A DNA stretch of 64,000 bases from Chlorobiota bacterium (GTDB taxonomy: Bacteria; Bacteroidota; Ignavibacteria; Kapaibacteriales; UBA2268): the NCBI GenBank assembly GCA_034670025.1, contig JAXMOE010000001.1, positions 77,187-141,186 on the forward strand, in the 5' to 3' direction. The position numbers and the translations under genes are program-made. Positions 47,907 to 58,676 of the stretch are shown here, piece by piece. Under the pieces are notes generated by a model, which was not told the origin of the DNA, did not search any database, and saw only the letters and a program-made list of their open reading frames with translations. Numbering within the stretch: position 1 is the stretch's first letter; the number at the start of each line of letters is the position of its first letter.

Positions 47907-50015
47907 CTATTGAGAAACTATGGTAAATTCAACCCTTCTGTTCTTCTGTTTGCCTTCTTCTGTTTTGTTAGAAGCAATTGGCTTAGTTTCGCCATATCCT
48001 TTTGAAGTAACCTTTTCTGTAGAAATACCTTGTTCCAAAAGCCAATTTAATACGGCCAATGCTCTGTCAGAACTTAATTTCATATTATTCTTATCATTAC
48101 CTACGTCATCAGTATGGCCAGAAATTTCAATTGTCATATCTTTATTGTCATTTAGCAACTTCTTCAGGTTCTCTAACTCATTTTCTGATTCTTCTCTAAG
48201 TGTAGCTTCACCAGTGTCGAAGAAGATATTGTTCAATCTTACTGTTTGCCCTACTTCTAATGGAACTAAGTACAGATTTCTTTCTATCTCTTTGTATTCT
48301 TCTAATTGTTCTACATTTAAGTTTTGTGATACAGAGCCAAATCCCTCAGCACCTGATTTGAATCCATAGTTTACCCCACGAGGTAGTATTATTTTATACT
48401 CGCCAGTGTTTGGGTCGGACGAAGCAGAACCATAATCTTTGTCATCGGAAAGTCCAAAATAATTAATATCCGCAGAAATTGGTTCGTTAGTTTTCTGATT
48501 CAATACTTTACCGTAAACTAATACTACAGGGTCTGGTTGTGCAGACTTGGATAACTGTATTTTTACTATATCTCCTTCTCCTTTGTAACCAGGTAAGTCT
48601 TTTTGATAGGTAACCATATATGCTTCGTCACCTTTTGCACTAATTGCAAATGAAAATTCTTGTGAAGATGTATTTATTGCTGGACCTAAGTTTTTTGGTT
48701 CCGACCAGTTGAGCCAAGTGTCATCTAATCTCTTTATTGTCCATATATCTTCTTTTCCGTAACCAGGAAGTCCACTTGTTGCATAGTATAAAGTTTTATT
48801 ATCAGCAGCTAAGAATGGATTAAAATCATCGGCAAAGGTGTTGATCTTATCACCTAAGTTTTTAGGTTCAGAGTATGAACCGTCTTCTTTTAAAAAACTT
48901 ATATAAATATCCATTCCGCCTCTGGAGTCTTCTTGCTCTATTGCTGAGAACAAAACTTTCTTATCTTGTGATATAAAGTAAGCAACGTGGTTGTTGTTGT
49001 TGTATAAGTTATCCACTTCTATTGATGTTGGAATATTCCACCCCATTGTACCTTTTCGAGCAATGGATAATCCGGAACCATCAGAATTTCCATCTTTGTC
49101 ATATTTATTTGATAAATATGCAGTATTGTAATCAGGAGTTATTGTTATTAATGTATTGGCACCACCGTTATTCAGCGGTTTTGGCATAAGTTCTGGCTCT
49201 TGCCATTCACCATCTACAAGTATAGAAAACCAAATATCTTGGTTTGGTGTGTTGCCAATCCTTGTTGGGTGGTCATCTCTAGTGAAGAAAATTGTTTTGC
49301 CATCGGGCGATAATTTAGGTGATAGTTCAGCAGTCGGGCTATTTAATATATCAACAGTAACTTTTTCTACGTCAGTAAGTGGGTTGTCAACTACATTGAA
49401 AAATTTTTCTGATTCCCAAAACTTTAAATAATCAACTTCTATATGCTGGTCTTCATCAGTTAGATAAAATCCACACCAGTATCCATTCGGTATGAAGTAA
49501 GTGTCATTATAAACATTCACTCCATTGATATAATAACGAGCTAAGTAGTTTGTTCTTTCTACTCTGAGTACGTTCCAGTCTTCAGAATTGATAGCATCAG
49601 ATTTTGTCCAACCAACTTGGTCGTGGTATTCTTCACTATAATACGCTTGAATTTTGTAGTATCCATTGTCAGATATAGTAAACATATAGAAGTCAGATGC
49701 GTCGTTGTTCATATTGATCATCATTCCATACTGAGAGTCTTCTTCTCCATCTTCATATCTCAACTTAGCTTCTATAATGTAATTACTTTTATTCAAATCT
49801 TCTACGTCTAATAGCTCTGTTGAAAATTTATAATTAGACCCTTCGTGATAAATGAAATTATATAATCCATCATCAATATAGCCCTCTTTTTCATCAGTTT
49901 CCTCTAAAAATAGCTCTTTAGTCTCCAACTTCCCGTCGAATTGTTGGTCGTATATTAGCTCTTGTGCATTGATTTGCAAGCTAAGTAAAAAAGTAAATAT
50001 TAATATAATTTTCAT
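47907..50015 (-). CDS. OmpA-family protein with PD40/TolB-like beta-propeller repeats and C-terminal OmpA peptidoglycan-binding domain
   Basis: Longest ORF to 50084; probable start MKIILIFTFLLSLQINAQ (50015); C-terminus GHTDDVGNDKNNMKLSSDRALAV...NRRVEF is OmpA_C. Confidence 0.75.
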   Translation of the reverse strand: MKIILIFTFLLSLQINAQELIYDQQFDGKLETKELFLEETDEKEGYIDDGLYNFIYHEGSNYKFSTELLDVEDLNKSNYIIEAKLRYEDGEEDSQYGMMINMNNDASDFYMFTISDNGYYKIQAYYSEEYHDQVGWTKSDAINSEDWNVLRVERTNYLARYYINGVNVYNDTYFIPNGYWCGFYLTDEDQHIEVDYLKFWESEKFFNVVDNPLTDVEKVTVDILNSPTAELSPKLSPDGKTIFFTRDDHPTRIGNTPNQDIWFSILVDGEWQEPELMPKPLNNGGANTLITITPDYNTAYLSNKYDKDGNSDGSGLSIARKGTMGWNIPTSIEVDNLYNNNNHVAYFISQDKKVLFSAIEQEDSRGGMDIYISFLKEDGSYSEPKNLGDKINTFADDFNPFLAADNKTLYYATSGLPGYGKEDIWTIKRLDDTWLNWSEPKNLGPAINTSSQEFSFAISAKGDEAYMVTYQKDLPGYKGEGDIVKIQLSKSAQPDPVVLVYGKVLNQKTNEPISADINYFGLSDDKDYGSASSDPNTGEYKIILPRGVNYGFKSGAEGFGSVSQNLNVEQLEEYKEIERNLYLVPLEVGQTVRLNNIFFDTGEATLREESENELENLKKLLNDNKDMTIEISGHTDDVGNDKNNMKLSSDRALAVLNWLLEQGISTEKVTSKGYGETKPIASNKTEEGKQKNRRVEFTIVSQ

Positions 50016-50280
50016 TGTGTAATCTTTATAATGTGGCACTAATTTTAAATATAAGATAGGGCTAATTGTAAAATAATTTACCATAATGTTGAAAATATGA
50101 TAACTTTTTTTCGTTTTTCTTATTAAATTTTATTAACTTTTGAACTTATATTAGTGTGTCAACTATATATTTGTTTTTATAATCAAAAAAAAACTTGTAT
50201 TTAAAGTAACAAACAGAACATTGTTTTGTTTGTTTAGTTAGAATTTGAAAATAATATTAACATTTTAAAGGATTTTACAA

Positions 50281-53200
50281 ATGGTAAAACATATACAAAA
50301 ATTATCGCTATTCTTTGCTGCGATACTATTACTGGGTGTTGTAGATACAACTGCTCAAGAAAAGGGAAAAGTCAAAGACAAATTAATTCACGCAATGACC
50401 CAAGACAGAAACTCGAGTGGTCGTGAGTTTTATTTAGCATTCCCTTTTAATGATATGAAAGGTGCGAACGAACAAAACTTAGCTATCTATGTTACTTCAA
50501 GTGAGGATACAAAAGTAACTTTAACAAATAAGGCACTTGGTATTAATATGACATTACCAGTTAAAGCTTATGAGATAACTACATTTTCAACTGCAAAAGA
50601 GACATTTGATTGGGGTGCAGAAATTTATGATATAGAAAAAGCTACTCCTGCTGGTTTTAAAATCACTTCTCCAAAGCCAATCGCAGTTTATGCTATGAAT
50701 TCGAAACTAAACACTTCGGAAGGTTATTTGGCTATCCCAACTAATTATTGGGGAACTGATTATGTACACTGTAGTTACTATGATTTTAAAGAGCAAGCTG
50801 ACCCGCGTGATTGGGGTGCTGGTTTTGTAATTATAGCTAAAGAAGATCAAACTAATGTTACTATTAGAATAAGGGATGGTAAAAATCAAGCTGCAGGATT
50901 CGGAGAAACATATAAAGGTCGAGTACACGGTGATGTATTTACTGTTAACTTAAACGAAGGTGAAGTTTATGCTGTACAGGGCACTGGTAAAACAAGAGGT
51001 ATATTTGATCTTAGTGGTAGTTTAATTACATCAGATAAGCCAGTTGGACTACTTTCTTATCACAATAGAACTATGATTCCATCTACTGTTGTAACAAATG
51101 GTAGAGATCACTTGATAGAAATGATTCCTCCGATTCAAGCATGGGGTACAGAATACGCTACAGTTGAGTATGATAGAAAAAAAGATAAAGGTGATTACTT
51201 TAGAGTTGTTGCCGGTGAAGACAATGTTACTTTCAATATTAATTGGTGGGATAAAGACAACGGCGACCACTTAGGACGATTAGGGCCTATTAAACTTCAA
51301 AAGAAAGGAGATTGGTTTGAATATAATGAGACTGGTGTTGAAGCTCCTCATAATATTGAATCTATAAGAGGTGTTTCTCACTTCAAGGCAGATGGACCCG
51401 TATTGGTAATGCAATATTCTTATTCTGCAAATTTTGATGGTGCTGACGGGAATTATGATCCATTTATGATTGTTACTACTGCCGTAGAGCAATACACTAA
51501 ACAAACAGTATTCCAAACTCCCGCTAATTATACTAACGATGAATTTAGAAATAATTTCTTTAATATTGTTGCCATAGGTGACGCTGAGGATGATGGTAGA
51601 AACCAAGATTTATTAAGTTCAATAACAATTGATGATCAAAGAATAGTAGATTTAAGTCCAGCATTTCTAGGAAATAATATTCCAGGAACTGACTTATTTT
51701 GGGCTTTTATTTCTCCTTTAGATCAAGGTACACATAGGTTAAAAGGTGATACTCCTTTTGGTGGTTATATTTATGGATTTGCTGGGTTTGACTCTTATGG
51801 TTGGCCAGCAGCAACTGCTTATGGTAATTTAGCTGAAATAGATACTTTGCCTCCTATTGTTACATTCCCTCCTGCTTGTTTTGAGTGGACAATCAACAAT
51901 GTTGATGACCCAGAACACGAAAGAAATGGCGATGTTAATGATGACCCACGTCAAGTTGATGTTGGTGTAAGAGAATTGCCTGAGCTATTAACTGGTAGTT
52001 TCAACTTCGATGATCCAGTATATGTAGATGAAGATGGTAATGTAGCTGAGTGGAGTGGAGCAGATGCTAATTATGACTTTAACTATAAGATTAAAGTTAC
52101 TGACCCTTTCCAAAATGGTTTAGCAATATTAAGAGTGAAAGATGATGTAGGTAACTACACAGACACAACTATTGTTTATAATGTAGATCAAATATTATCT
52201 GACCCTGACCCAATTGTTTATGGTAAGGTAAGAGTAAATACAGATAGAACATTAGATGTAAAAATAAGTAGTGGTTCGGAAGACCCAGTTGAAATAAGTG
52301 AAATAAAATTAAGAGTTGGTGATGTTTACACTATTGATACTGACCTTAGTTTTGTTCCTTTCATTTTGGAACCAATGGGCGATACTACTTTAAATATAAC
52401 TTACACTCCAATTGATGAGTACATTGACTTGAATACTGATCCGGAATTGCAATTCGATTTCGATACATTAGTAGTAACTACTGGATGTTTGGAATGGGAA
52501 TTTGCAATGTTAGGACAAGGAGTTCAACCTGAAATAATTGTAGATGATTATAATGCAGGTTTAACTCAAGTTGGTGATTTTACTCTTTCTAGTAATAACA
52601 CATTCGATGATGGAGTATTAATTCAGAACTTTGGTACTGATACACTTTTTGTAGAAGGTTTGGAAAATTTAACACAACCATTCTCATTACCGAATATGCC
52701 AGGTGCTAGCATCAATGGTGATAAAGTAACATTTGACGAGCCGATTGTTGTTCCTAATGACGATAAGTCAGGTACTCAAATCAATGAAGTTGTATTCAAC
52801 CAAGATTTGGATAGCAAATACTTAATTAGATTTGAGCCAACTTCTACAAACAATGCTGACAACACGATTGACGTTTTGTTTGTAAGTGACGCTGCCGAAG
52901 AAGATAGGGACGACGAGTCTAGATGGTATGGTTTGGCACAATCTTCTGGACCACAAGTGTTAGGGCATACGTTCCCAGATACTAGAGTAGATGCTGTAAG
53001 CAATCAATTAGGTTACGTTACTATTGAAAATATCCCAAGTGATATAGATGACCCGACTAGTGGTAGTGTTATGGAAGTAATTCTGAATACTCTAAGATTA
53101 AGAGATGATGATGGTAATTTCAGAATTCAGCCAAATGGAAAAATACAAGGTCTAAATAGTAAAGATAATGTTGTATTTGATGATTTGACTGTAAATAGAA

Positions 53201-54942
53201 TAGCTTTACACCCACAAGGATTAGATGAAGATGACAAAGTAACTAAAATCTTAGTGCCAGTAGAATTTACTCCTCTATCAATTGGTAATCAAACTGATGC
53301 AGTAGTTGTTGAATTTGACGAAGCTGGTCCTGGAGAGAATATTTTCGGAGAGGGTGTGCTATTAGGTAAAGGATTTATTCCTGTGATTGATGTTACTAAC
53401 CAAAAATTCGCTCCAAGCGAAGCAGACCAAGGAATACACCCAACTCAAGGTAGAATTGTTGTAACTAACGTTTCTGAGCCTAAAGACGGTGAATATAGTG
53501 GATTAGTTATTAATTCGATCGGGTTTGATAATAACTCACCTAGTTTCAATCAATTTGAAAATCTGTTAGTAGATGGAACTCCAATAGCAAACTTCAATGG
53601 TACTACACTTACTAAAGATCAATCTTTAATTGTAACTTATGACTTTAATACAGATGGTACTACTGCAGGAACAGAAATCACTAGATTAATAGTAATGTCT
53701 GATGCAGGCCCAGCAGATGAAAACGGCGACGAGCCGAATTCTGAAAATGATTATGAAATAGTTTTCGATGGAAATTATACTGAAGACAATCAATCTGGTA
53801 TAGATGATGGTGGTTACATAGAAGGCCCTATATATAGTTTAGGAGTAAATGCTACTCCTGTTCCTTTTGGTAGAAACTCGTTATGTGATTTATTTCCTCT
53901 AACTACTACTGTAACAAATACAGGAAGTGGTGATGATGCGATTGATGAAACAATTATTGGTGTTAGATATATTGGGAACGATCCTAATTTGGATGTTTAC
54001 GAATTTGAAGTATCGGATTATCAAGGTGTTGTAGTAGAAAAAGATGGTGGTACAGCTATAGTTAGAGTTAGTTACAAAGCTGGCACAAGAGAAGGTGTTT
54101 ACAACAATGCTTTATACCAATTTGAATTTGAGTCAGGTAAAACTGCACCATTTGCTGTGAGTGGAGAAATAGAAGAAGATGTATTTAGATTGACACTAAG
54201 TGAACACGTAAAAGTTACACCAGGTGATGATTTGAATATGACAATTGACATTAAAGCTGTAGATAGCAAATATGAATCTGCTAAAATCAATACTATGAAT
54301 GTTACTTTAAGATATAAACCAGAATGGTTGTCATACACAGGTGAAGTTGGTAATGGTAATTTGGTTAACTGGACCATAACTGATAGAACAGAAGAAGTAT
54401 TAGTAGGTGGTGAAATATTTACAAACCATATCTTTACATTGGTAGCACCACAAGGTGTAACTTTAGATAATGACGGAGTGCTATTTACGCCCATATTTAC
54501 TTATCTATTGCACTCTGTTCCAGAAGGACAAAGCGATGGTGACATAAGAATAATGCCAGAAATAAGTAACGTATTCTTTGGACAAAGAGATGCATGTATT
54601 ACAGATGAGACAGTACCAGGATTAGTTACTTCTCAGTTCTGTGTACAAAACTATAGATCAATTGATTTAATAATTGGAGACAATAGTGGATTGAAAGCAA
54701 TAAGCCCTAACCCTGTTGTTGGAAATATGAATCTTGACTTTATAGTAAGTACAGAAGCTCAAGTTAATATTGATGTTACTAATGCAGAAGGCAAGAAGGT
54801 TAAGCAATTGCTAAACGGCAGACTGAATGCAGGTCAGTACGAAACTACTGCTGATGTCTCAGACTTACCGGCTGGTGTTTATCTAATACACTTTACTTAC
54901 TTAGGTGTAGATCAAACTCAATCGATAGTAATTACAAAATAA
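50281..54942 (+). CDS. Giant secreted protein with C-terminal T9SS sorting domain
   Basis: 1553 aa; signal peptide; N-terminal region resembles the IgGFc-binding-N-like domain seen in gliding/T9SS cargo; many Ig-like repeats; C-terminus GVYLIHFTYLGVDQTQSIVITK is a T9SS CTD. Confidence 0.75.
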   Translation: MVKHIQKLSLFFAAILLLGVVDTTAQEKGKVKDKLIHAMTQDRNSSGREFYLAFPFNDMKGANEQNLAIYVTSSEDTKVTLTNKALGINMTLPVKAYEITTFSTAKETFDWGAEIYDIEKATPAGFKITSPKPIAVYAMNSKLNTSEGYLAIPTNYWGTDYVHCSYYDFKEQADPRDWGAGFVIIAKEDQTNVTIRIRDGKNQAAGFGETYKGRVHGDVFTVNLNEGEVYAVQGTGKTRGIFDLSGSLITSDKPVGLLSYHNRTMIPSTVVTNGRDHLIEMIPPIQAWGTEYATVEYDRKKDKGDYFRVVAGEDNVTFNINWWDKDNGDHLGRLGPIKLQKKGDWFEYNETGVEAPHNIESIRGVSHFKADGPVLVMQYSYSANFDGADGNYDPFMIVTTAVEQYTKQTVFQTPANYTNDEFRNNFFNIVAIGDAEDDGRNQDLLSSITIDDQRIVDLSPAFLGNNIPGTDLFWAFISPLDQGTHRLKGDTPFGGYIYGFAGFDSYGWPAATAYGNLAEIDTLPPIVTFPPACFEWTINNVDDPEHERNGDVNDDPRQVDVGVRELPELLTGSFNFDDPVYVDEDGNVAEWSGADANYDFNYKIKVTDPFQNGLAILRVKDDVGNYTDTTIVYNVDQILSDPDPIVYGKVRVNTDRTLDVKISSGSEDPVEISEIKLRVGDVYTIDTDLSFVPFILEPMGDTTLNITYTPIDEYIDLNTDPELQFDFDTLVVTTGCLEWEFAMLGQGVQPEIIVDDYNAGLTQVGDFTLSSNNTFDDGVLIQNFGTDTLFVEGLENLTQPFSLPNMPGASINGDKVTFDEPIVVPNDDKSGTQINEVVFNQDLDSKYLIRFEPTSTNNADNTIDVLFVSDAAEEDRDDESRWYGLAQSSGPQVLGHTFPDTRVDAVSNQLGYVTIENIPSDIDDPTSGSVMEVILNTLRLRDDDGNFRIQPNGKIQGLNSKDNVVFDDLTVNRIALHPQGLDEDDKVTKILVPVEFTPLSIGNQTDAVVVEFDEAGPGENIFGEGVLLGKGFIPVIDVTNQKFAPSEADQGIHPTQGRIVVTNVSEPKDGEYSGLVINSIGFDNNSPSFNQFENLLVDGTPIANFNGTTLTKDQSLIVTYDFNTDGTTAGTEITRLIVMSDAGPADENGDEPNSENDYEIVFDGNYTEDNQSGIDDGGYIEGPIYSLGVNATPVPFGRNSLCDLFPLTTTVTNTGSGDDAIDETIIGVRYIGNDPNLDVYEFEVSDYQGVVVEKDGGTAIVRVSYKAGTREGVYNNALYQFEFESGKTAPFAVSGEIEEDVFRLTLSEHVKVTPGDDLNMTIDIKAVDSKYESAKINTMNVTLRYKPEWLSYTGEVGNGNLVNWTITDRTEEVLVGGEIFTNHIFTLVAPQGVTLDNDGVLFTPIFTYLLHSVPEGQSDGDIRIMPEISNVFFGQRDACITDETVPGLVTSQFCVQNYRSIDLIIGDNSGLKAISPNPVVGNMNLDFIVSTEAQVNIDVTNAEGKKVKQLLNGRLNAGQYETTADVSDLPAGVYLIHFTYLGVDQTQSIVITK

Positions 54943-54965
54943 TTGACTTATTAGAATAAATTTTA

Positions 54966-54998
54966 AAGGTAGTGTTTTAATTGACACTACCTTTTTTT
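54966..54998 (+). terminator. Intrinsic terminator of the 1553-aa T9SS gene
   Basis: AAGGTAGTGT-TTTAATTG-ACACTACCTT 10-bp stem followed by T7. Confidence 0.6.
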
Positions 54999-55026
54999 AT
55001 TTTATGAAAACTAATAATCCCAATCA

Positions 55027-55977
55027 ATGAAAGATTTTATACAAGTTATTTTAGTACTAACACAAGTATCTGTAATAGTAACTACATTACAAGTATATTT
55101 GCGTATCAACAAGATATGGAAAAGGAAGCATGAGCAAGATGTAGCCGAATCACAATCGATAGCAGGTATATTGTTACTAATTGGTAACTGTATCTTATGG
55201 ATATTATATTATGTTTGGGTTGAGTCCGATATGTTATCAATAATTGATACATCTCTATATCTAATTGAATCTTCAGTATTTTTACTTATTTCCACTGGGC
55301 TATGGGTGAAAGGAAAGCACACAAGGAATTTGTGGCAGTTAGCAAAGTCAGCTTTGAGATTAGAGAAATCAGAATCAACTTATTTATTAAAAAAGCTTTT
55401 CAAACCAAAAAATGCAGATATTATTATTAATATATTACATCAGATAGCAATGATTGATGATGATTTGGATCCCAAAGAATATAAGATAATTCAAGAATTT
55501 GCAAACCATTGGGGCATTGATTATTCAGTTGAGGAACTAAATGAGGGACGAACTAAAGCTTCAGAGTATAATTTTATACATTTGCGTGATTCTATGATGC
55601 AGTACCTAAGGACTGAACCCCAAAAAGATCAAGTAAATCAGCTAAAGCAGATGATTCAAACTTTAATGTACATAGACAGTAAAATCACTAAGGAAGAAAA
55701 GTTAATTGAACTAGAATTGTTCGGATTAATTGACAATTACTGCGATAAAGATGAGATAGCTATTACTAAATATGATGTACTTATTGTTCCACAAGACAAA
55801 GAACACCATGAAGTAGTAGAAACTGTAATTCCAAATTCAAAAAGGGTGGAAACAGCCGGTGGGATTGCTTACTCTATTGGGACTTATTACTCCGAAGAGT
55901 ATGCTGAAATGATGTGTGCACAGTTTCGTGAAATAAATCTATTTACTATCGTTTATAAATTAGATTCAGAAAATTGA
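55027..55977 (+). CDS. Membrane-anchored protein with tandem TerB-like (tellurite-resistance TerB/DjlA-N-like) motifs
   Basis: 316 aa; 3-4 N-terminal TM helices; IAMIDDDLDPKEYKIIQEFA and LMYIDSKITKEEKLIELELFGLI resemble TerB-domain helices. Confidence 0.4.
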   Translation: MKDFIQVILVLTQVSVIVTTLQVYLRINKIWKRKHEQDVAESQSIAGILLLIGNCILWILYYVWVESDMLSIIDTSLYLIESSVFLLISTGLWVKGKHTRNLWQLAKSALRLEKSESTYLLKKLFKPKNADIIINILHQIAMIDDDLDPKEYKIIQEFANHWGIDYSVEELNEGRTKASEYNFIHLRDSMMQYLRTEPQKDQVNQLKQMIQTLMYIDSKITKEEKLIELELFGLIDNYCDKDEIAITKYDVLIVPQDKEHHEVVETVIPNSKRVETAGGIAYSIGTYYSEEYAEMMCAQFREINLFTIVYKLDSEN

Positions 55978-56036
55978 AACATTTAATTGTAAAAGTTGTT
56001 ATTGAGTAATATAAAAAAAGTAAAAATAAGGAAAGT

Positions 56037-56837
56037 ATGAAGAAAATAATTTTAATTTTAACAGCAGCAATTTTGTTTGCTGCATGTGAAGACAACAGTG
56101 GTCCAAAAGATTCTGATTATAGTCGAAAAAATTTAGAAAAACCGACAGAATTAGTAGAAAAAATGAGTTACACTTTCGGTTTTGACATTGGCCAAGGTGT
56201 AGATTTACTAGATTCTGGAAACCGTAGAGTAAGTTTTGATTATATGATTGAAGGAATATTAGATGGATTAAATCAAAACGAGGCACTGTTGGATAATGAA
56301 GAAAGAATGTTGTTAATGAGAGAGATTCAGAACATTCAGACTGAAAATGATAAAAAACGATATAACGAAAAGATGAAAGAAATTTCCAAAATAGGTGACA
56401 AGTTTAAAGAAATGGCACCTAAGTTCTTAGAAGATAATCTAAAAAAGGAAGGATGGAAAGAAACAAATACTGGGTTACAATACAAAGTAATTAAGGAAGT
56501 AGAAGGGCCTACTCCAACTGAAAACTTAGTAGTAGCAGCTGATATCAGAGGCGAACTAATGAATGGTGAAGTATTTGAAAACACGTTTGAAGAAGGTGGT
56601 AAGCCAATAAACATGCCATTAGAGGGTTTAGCTTATGGAATAAGAGAAGCTGTTATGATGTTAAGTGTAGGAGATATATATGAATTTGTAATTCCTGCAG
56701 AGATTGCTTTTACTGACATTGGTAGTGGGTCTAGAATTCCTCCACATTCGGTATTGATAATGAAAATAGAGATGATTGAATTTGTTTCTACAGTTGATGA
56801 ATATAGAAAAAATATGTCTAAACCTCCAGGACTATAA
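56037..56837 (+). CDS. FKBP-type peptidyl-prolyl cis-trans isomerase lipoprotein (FkpA/FklB-like)
   Basis: 266 aa; lipobox LFAACED; GLQYKVIKEVEGPTP...LEGLAYGIREAVMMLSVGDIYEFVIPAEIAF FKBP domain. Confidence 0.8.
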   Translation: MKKIILILTAAILFAACEDNSGPKDSDYSRKNLEKPTELVEKMSYTFGFDIGQGVDLLDSGNRRVSFDYMIEGILDGLNQNEALLDNEERMLLMREIQNIQTENDKKRYNEKMKEISKIGDKFKEMAPKFLEDNLKKEGWKETNTGLQYKVIKEVEGPTPTENLVVAADIRGELMNGEVFENTFEEGGKPINMPLEGLAYGIREAVMMLSVGDIYEFVIPAEIAFTDIGSGSRIPPHSVLIMKIEMIEFVSTVDEYRKNMSKPPGL

Positions 56838-56866
56838 ATTTCGATTTAGCTAAAGTAAATAGTTTA

Positions 56867-56904
56867 AATGCCGATTCAGATAGTATGAAATCGGCATTTT
56901 TTAT
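56867..56904 (+). terminator. Terminator-like hairpin (AATGCCGATT-loop-AATCGGCATT + T7) whose loop contains the ATG of the next gene
   Basis: Seen in sequence; 10-bp stem; the loop CAGATAGTATGA includes the start codon at 56885; the T-run encodes AFFI. Confidence 0.45.
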
Positions 56905-57577
56905 ATTATTATTACTTTTTTCAACGTCAGAACTATTCTCTGGAATTGCTACTATTGCTACTCCAAATGGGAAAGTAAAGTCTATCAATATAATTGACAA
57001 TCTTGGTTACCAATACTCAGATTGGGAATATACTTCTTCAGTTATTATCGGCGAAGTAAAATCTGATTCTACCATGCTCAGCTTGTCAGATAACGTTAGT
57101 ATGGAGTTGTCAGTTGGAAGTGATGTACTAAAAGTAATAGCTTTTGGTCAAACAATTACCCATAATATGGGTATGCCAGCACTGCACGATAACAATAGGG
57201 TGATTATTCCATTCCACGATTATTTGAAATCACTGGACTCACTTGGCTTTTGTAAGTTGCTATCCATAAAAAACAATAGTGTAGTTGTAGAGGGTGTGAA
57301 CTATATTGAAAGAATTCCTATAATCAGTCAGTATAATCACAAATACAATATGGCCTATTACAAAAAGGTGTTTAGTGATGTTAGTAGAAAGTATAAGAAG
57401 AAGAAAAGATATTACAAACCAGCACCTAAAGTAGATAATTCTATTGATTTGCTCAAAGATGCTTTGAGTGATGAAGAAAAACCCAAAGAAATAGTTGAAC
57501 CAGAGAAAGACACATACTACGACATCCCAAGAGATTTGGATAGAGAAGAAGTATTAAAAAAGAAAAAAGAGGATTAG
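56885..57577 (+). CDS. Secreted hypothetical protein with Lys/Glu-rich C-terminal tail
   Basis: 230 aa; signal-peptide-like MKSAFFILLLLFSTSELFSG; no recognisable domain. Confidence 0.45.
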   Translation: MKSAFFILLLLFSTSELFSGIATIATPNGKVKSINIIDNLGYQYSDWEYTSSVIIGEVKSDSTMLSLSDNVSMELSVGSDVLKVIAFGQTITHNMGMPALHDNNRVIIPFHDYLKSLDSLGFCKLLSIKNNSVVVEGVNYIERIPIISQYNHKYNMAYYKKVFSDVSRKYKKKKRYYKPAPKVDNSIDLLKDALSDEEKPKEIVEPEKDTYYDIPRDLDREEVLKKKKED

Positions 57578-58332
57578 ATTAAGGATTTCAATTTCTCAAA
57601 ATCTTCATCTGTGTCAATCCCCAATATTTCATCTTTAGTTTCCAAACAGAAATATCTTGAATCATTCAATAACAATCTAAGTTGCTCCAAACTTTCAGCT
57701 TCTTCCAAATCAGTAGGGGCGAGTTGAGAAAACTCATCCAAAGCTTCTGCTCTATAAGCGTACAGACCAATGTGCTTCCAATATCTTTGCTTTTGCAAGT
57801 AATTTTCTGGTTTGTCTCTGAAGTGTGGTATTGGGCTTCTTGAAAAATATAAGGCCTCACCATCAACGTTTCGTACTACTTTCACTACATTGGGGTTGTT
57901 TAGTTCTACTTCGGTATCAATGCGTTTTACTAATGTCCCAACGTCGCAAAGAGAGATAGAAAACCCTATGAATAGATTTTCAATCAGTTGAGGAGACAAC
58001 AATGGCTCATCACCTTGTATATTGAATATTACGTCATACTCTTTATCTAATCGCTTGCTAGCCCATGCAATTCTGTCAGTTCCTGTAGCAAAAGTATCTG
58101 GAGTTTTTATAGTTTTAGCACCAAATTTATTGGCTTCTTCTATAATTTCATCGTCCTCGGTAGCAATGATTACATCGCTCAGTACTTCCGATTGTTTAGC
58201 ATTCTCATATACAATTTGGATTAGCGATTTGCCATTAATTTTTTTTAATAGCTTACCTGGAAATCGAGTAGATGACAGCCGTGCTGGAATAATTCCTACA
58301 GCAGTCAGTTGTCTTTCGAATGGATTTTTCAA
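57574..58332 (-). CDS. kdsB: 3-deoxy-manno-octulosonate cytidylyltransferase (CMP-Kdo synthetase)
   Basis: 252 aa; GIIPARLSSTRFPGKLL N-terminal motif. Confidence 0.9.
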   Translation of the reverse strand: MKNPFERQLTAVGIIPARLSSTRFPGKLLKKINGKSLIQIVYENAKQSEVLSDVIIATEDDEIIEEANKFGAKTIKTPDTFATGTDRIAWASKRLDKEYDVIFNIQGDEPLLSPQLIENLFIGFSISLCDVGTLVKRIDTEVELNNPNVVKVVRNVDGEALYFSRSPIPHFRDKPENYLQKQRYWKHIGLYAYRAEALDEFSQLAPTDLEEAESLEQLRLLLNDSRYFCLETKDEILGIDTDEDFEKLKSLI

Positions 58333-58616
58333 TCGAATACCTTCGGTACTTTGAAGAAAGTATCATTGTGCTTAGGGGCATTTTTTAGAGCTTCTTTCAC
58401 GGGTATTGAGTCTTTGAATTCATCTTCTCTCATTACATTAGTAGTGTCGAGAACATGAGTCATTGGCTCTACTCCTTCCAAATCGATTTTACTCAATTCA
58501 TCAATGTAATTCAAAATTTTATCAAACTGTGGTGTGATAGCTTCTAACTCACCATCAGAAAATTCCAAATTTGCTAATTTGGATACTTTATTTATAATGT
58601 CTTTTGTGTTGTCCAT
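58329..58616 (-). CDS. gatC: Asp-tRNA(Asn)/Glu-tRNA(Gln) amidotransferase subunit C
   Basis: 95 aa; size and VSKLANLEFSDGELE...LSKIDLEGVEPMTHV pattern. Confidence 0.8.
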   Translation of the reverse strand: MDNTKDIINKVSKLANLEFSDGELEAITPQFDKILNYIDELSKIDLEGVEPMTHVLDTTNVMREDEFKDSIPVKEALKNAPKHNDTFFKVPKVFD

Positions 58617-58676
58617 AGTTCTGTTTTTTTCTTATTCTTATCTGTAATATTTATATTACAAATATAGTAAATTGGT

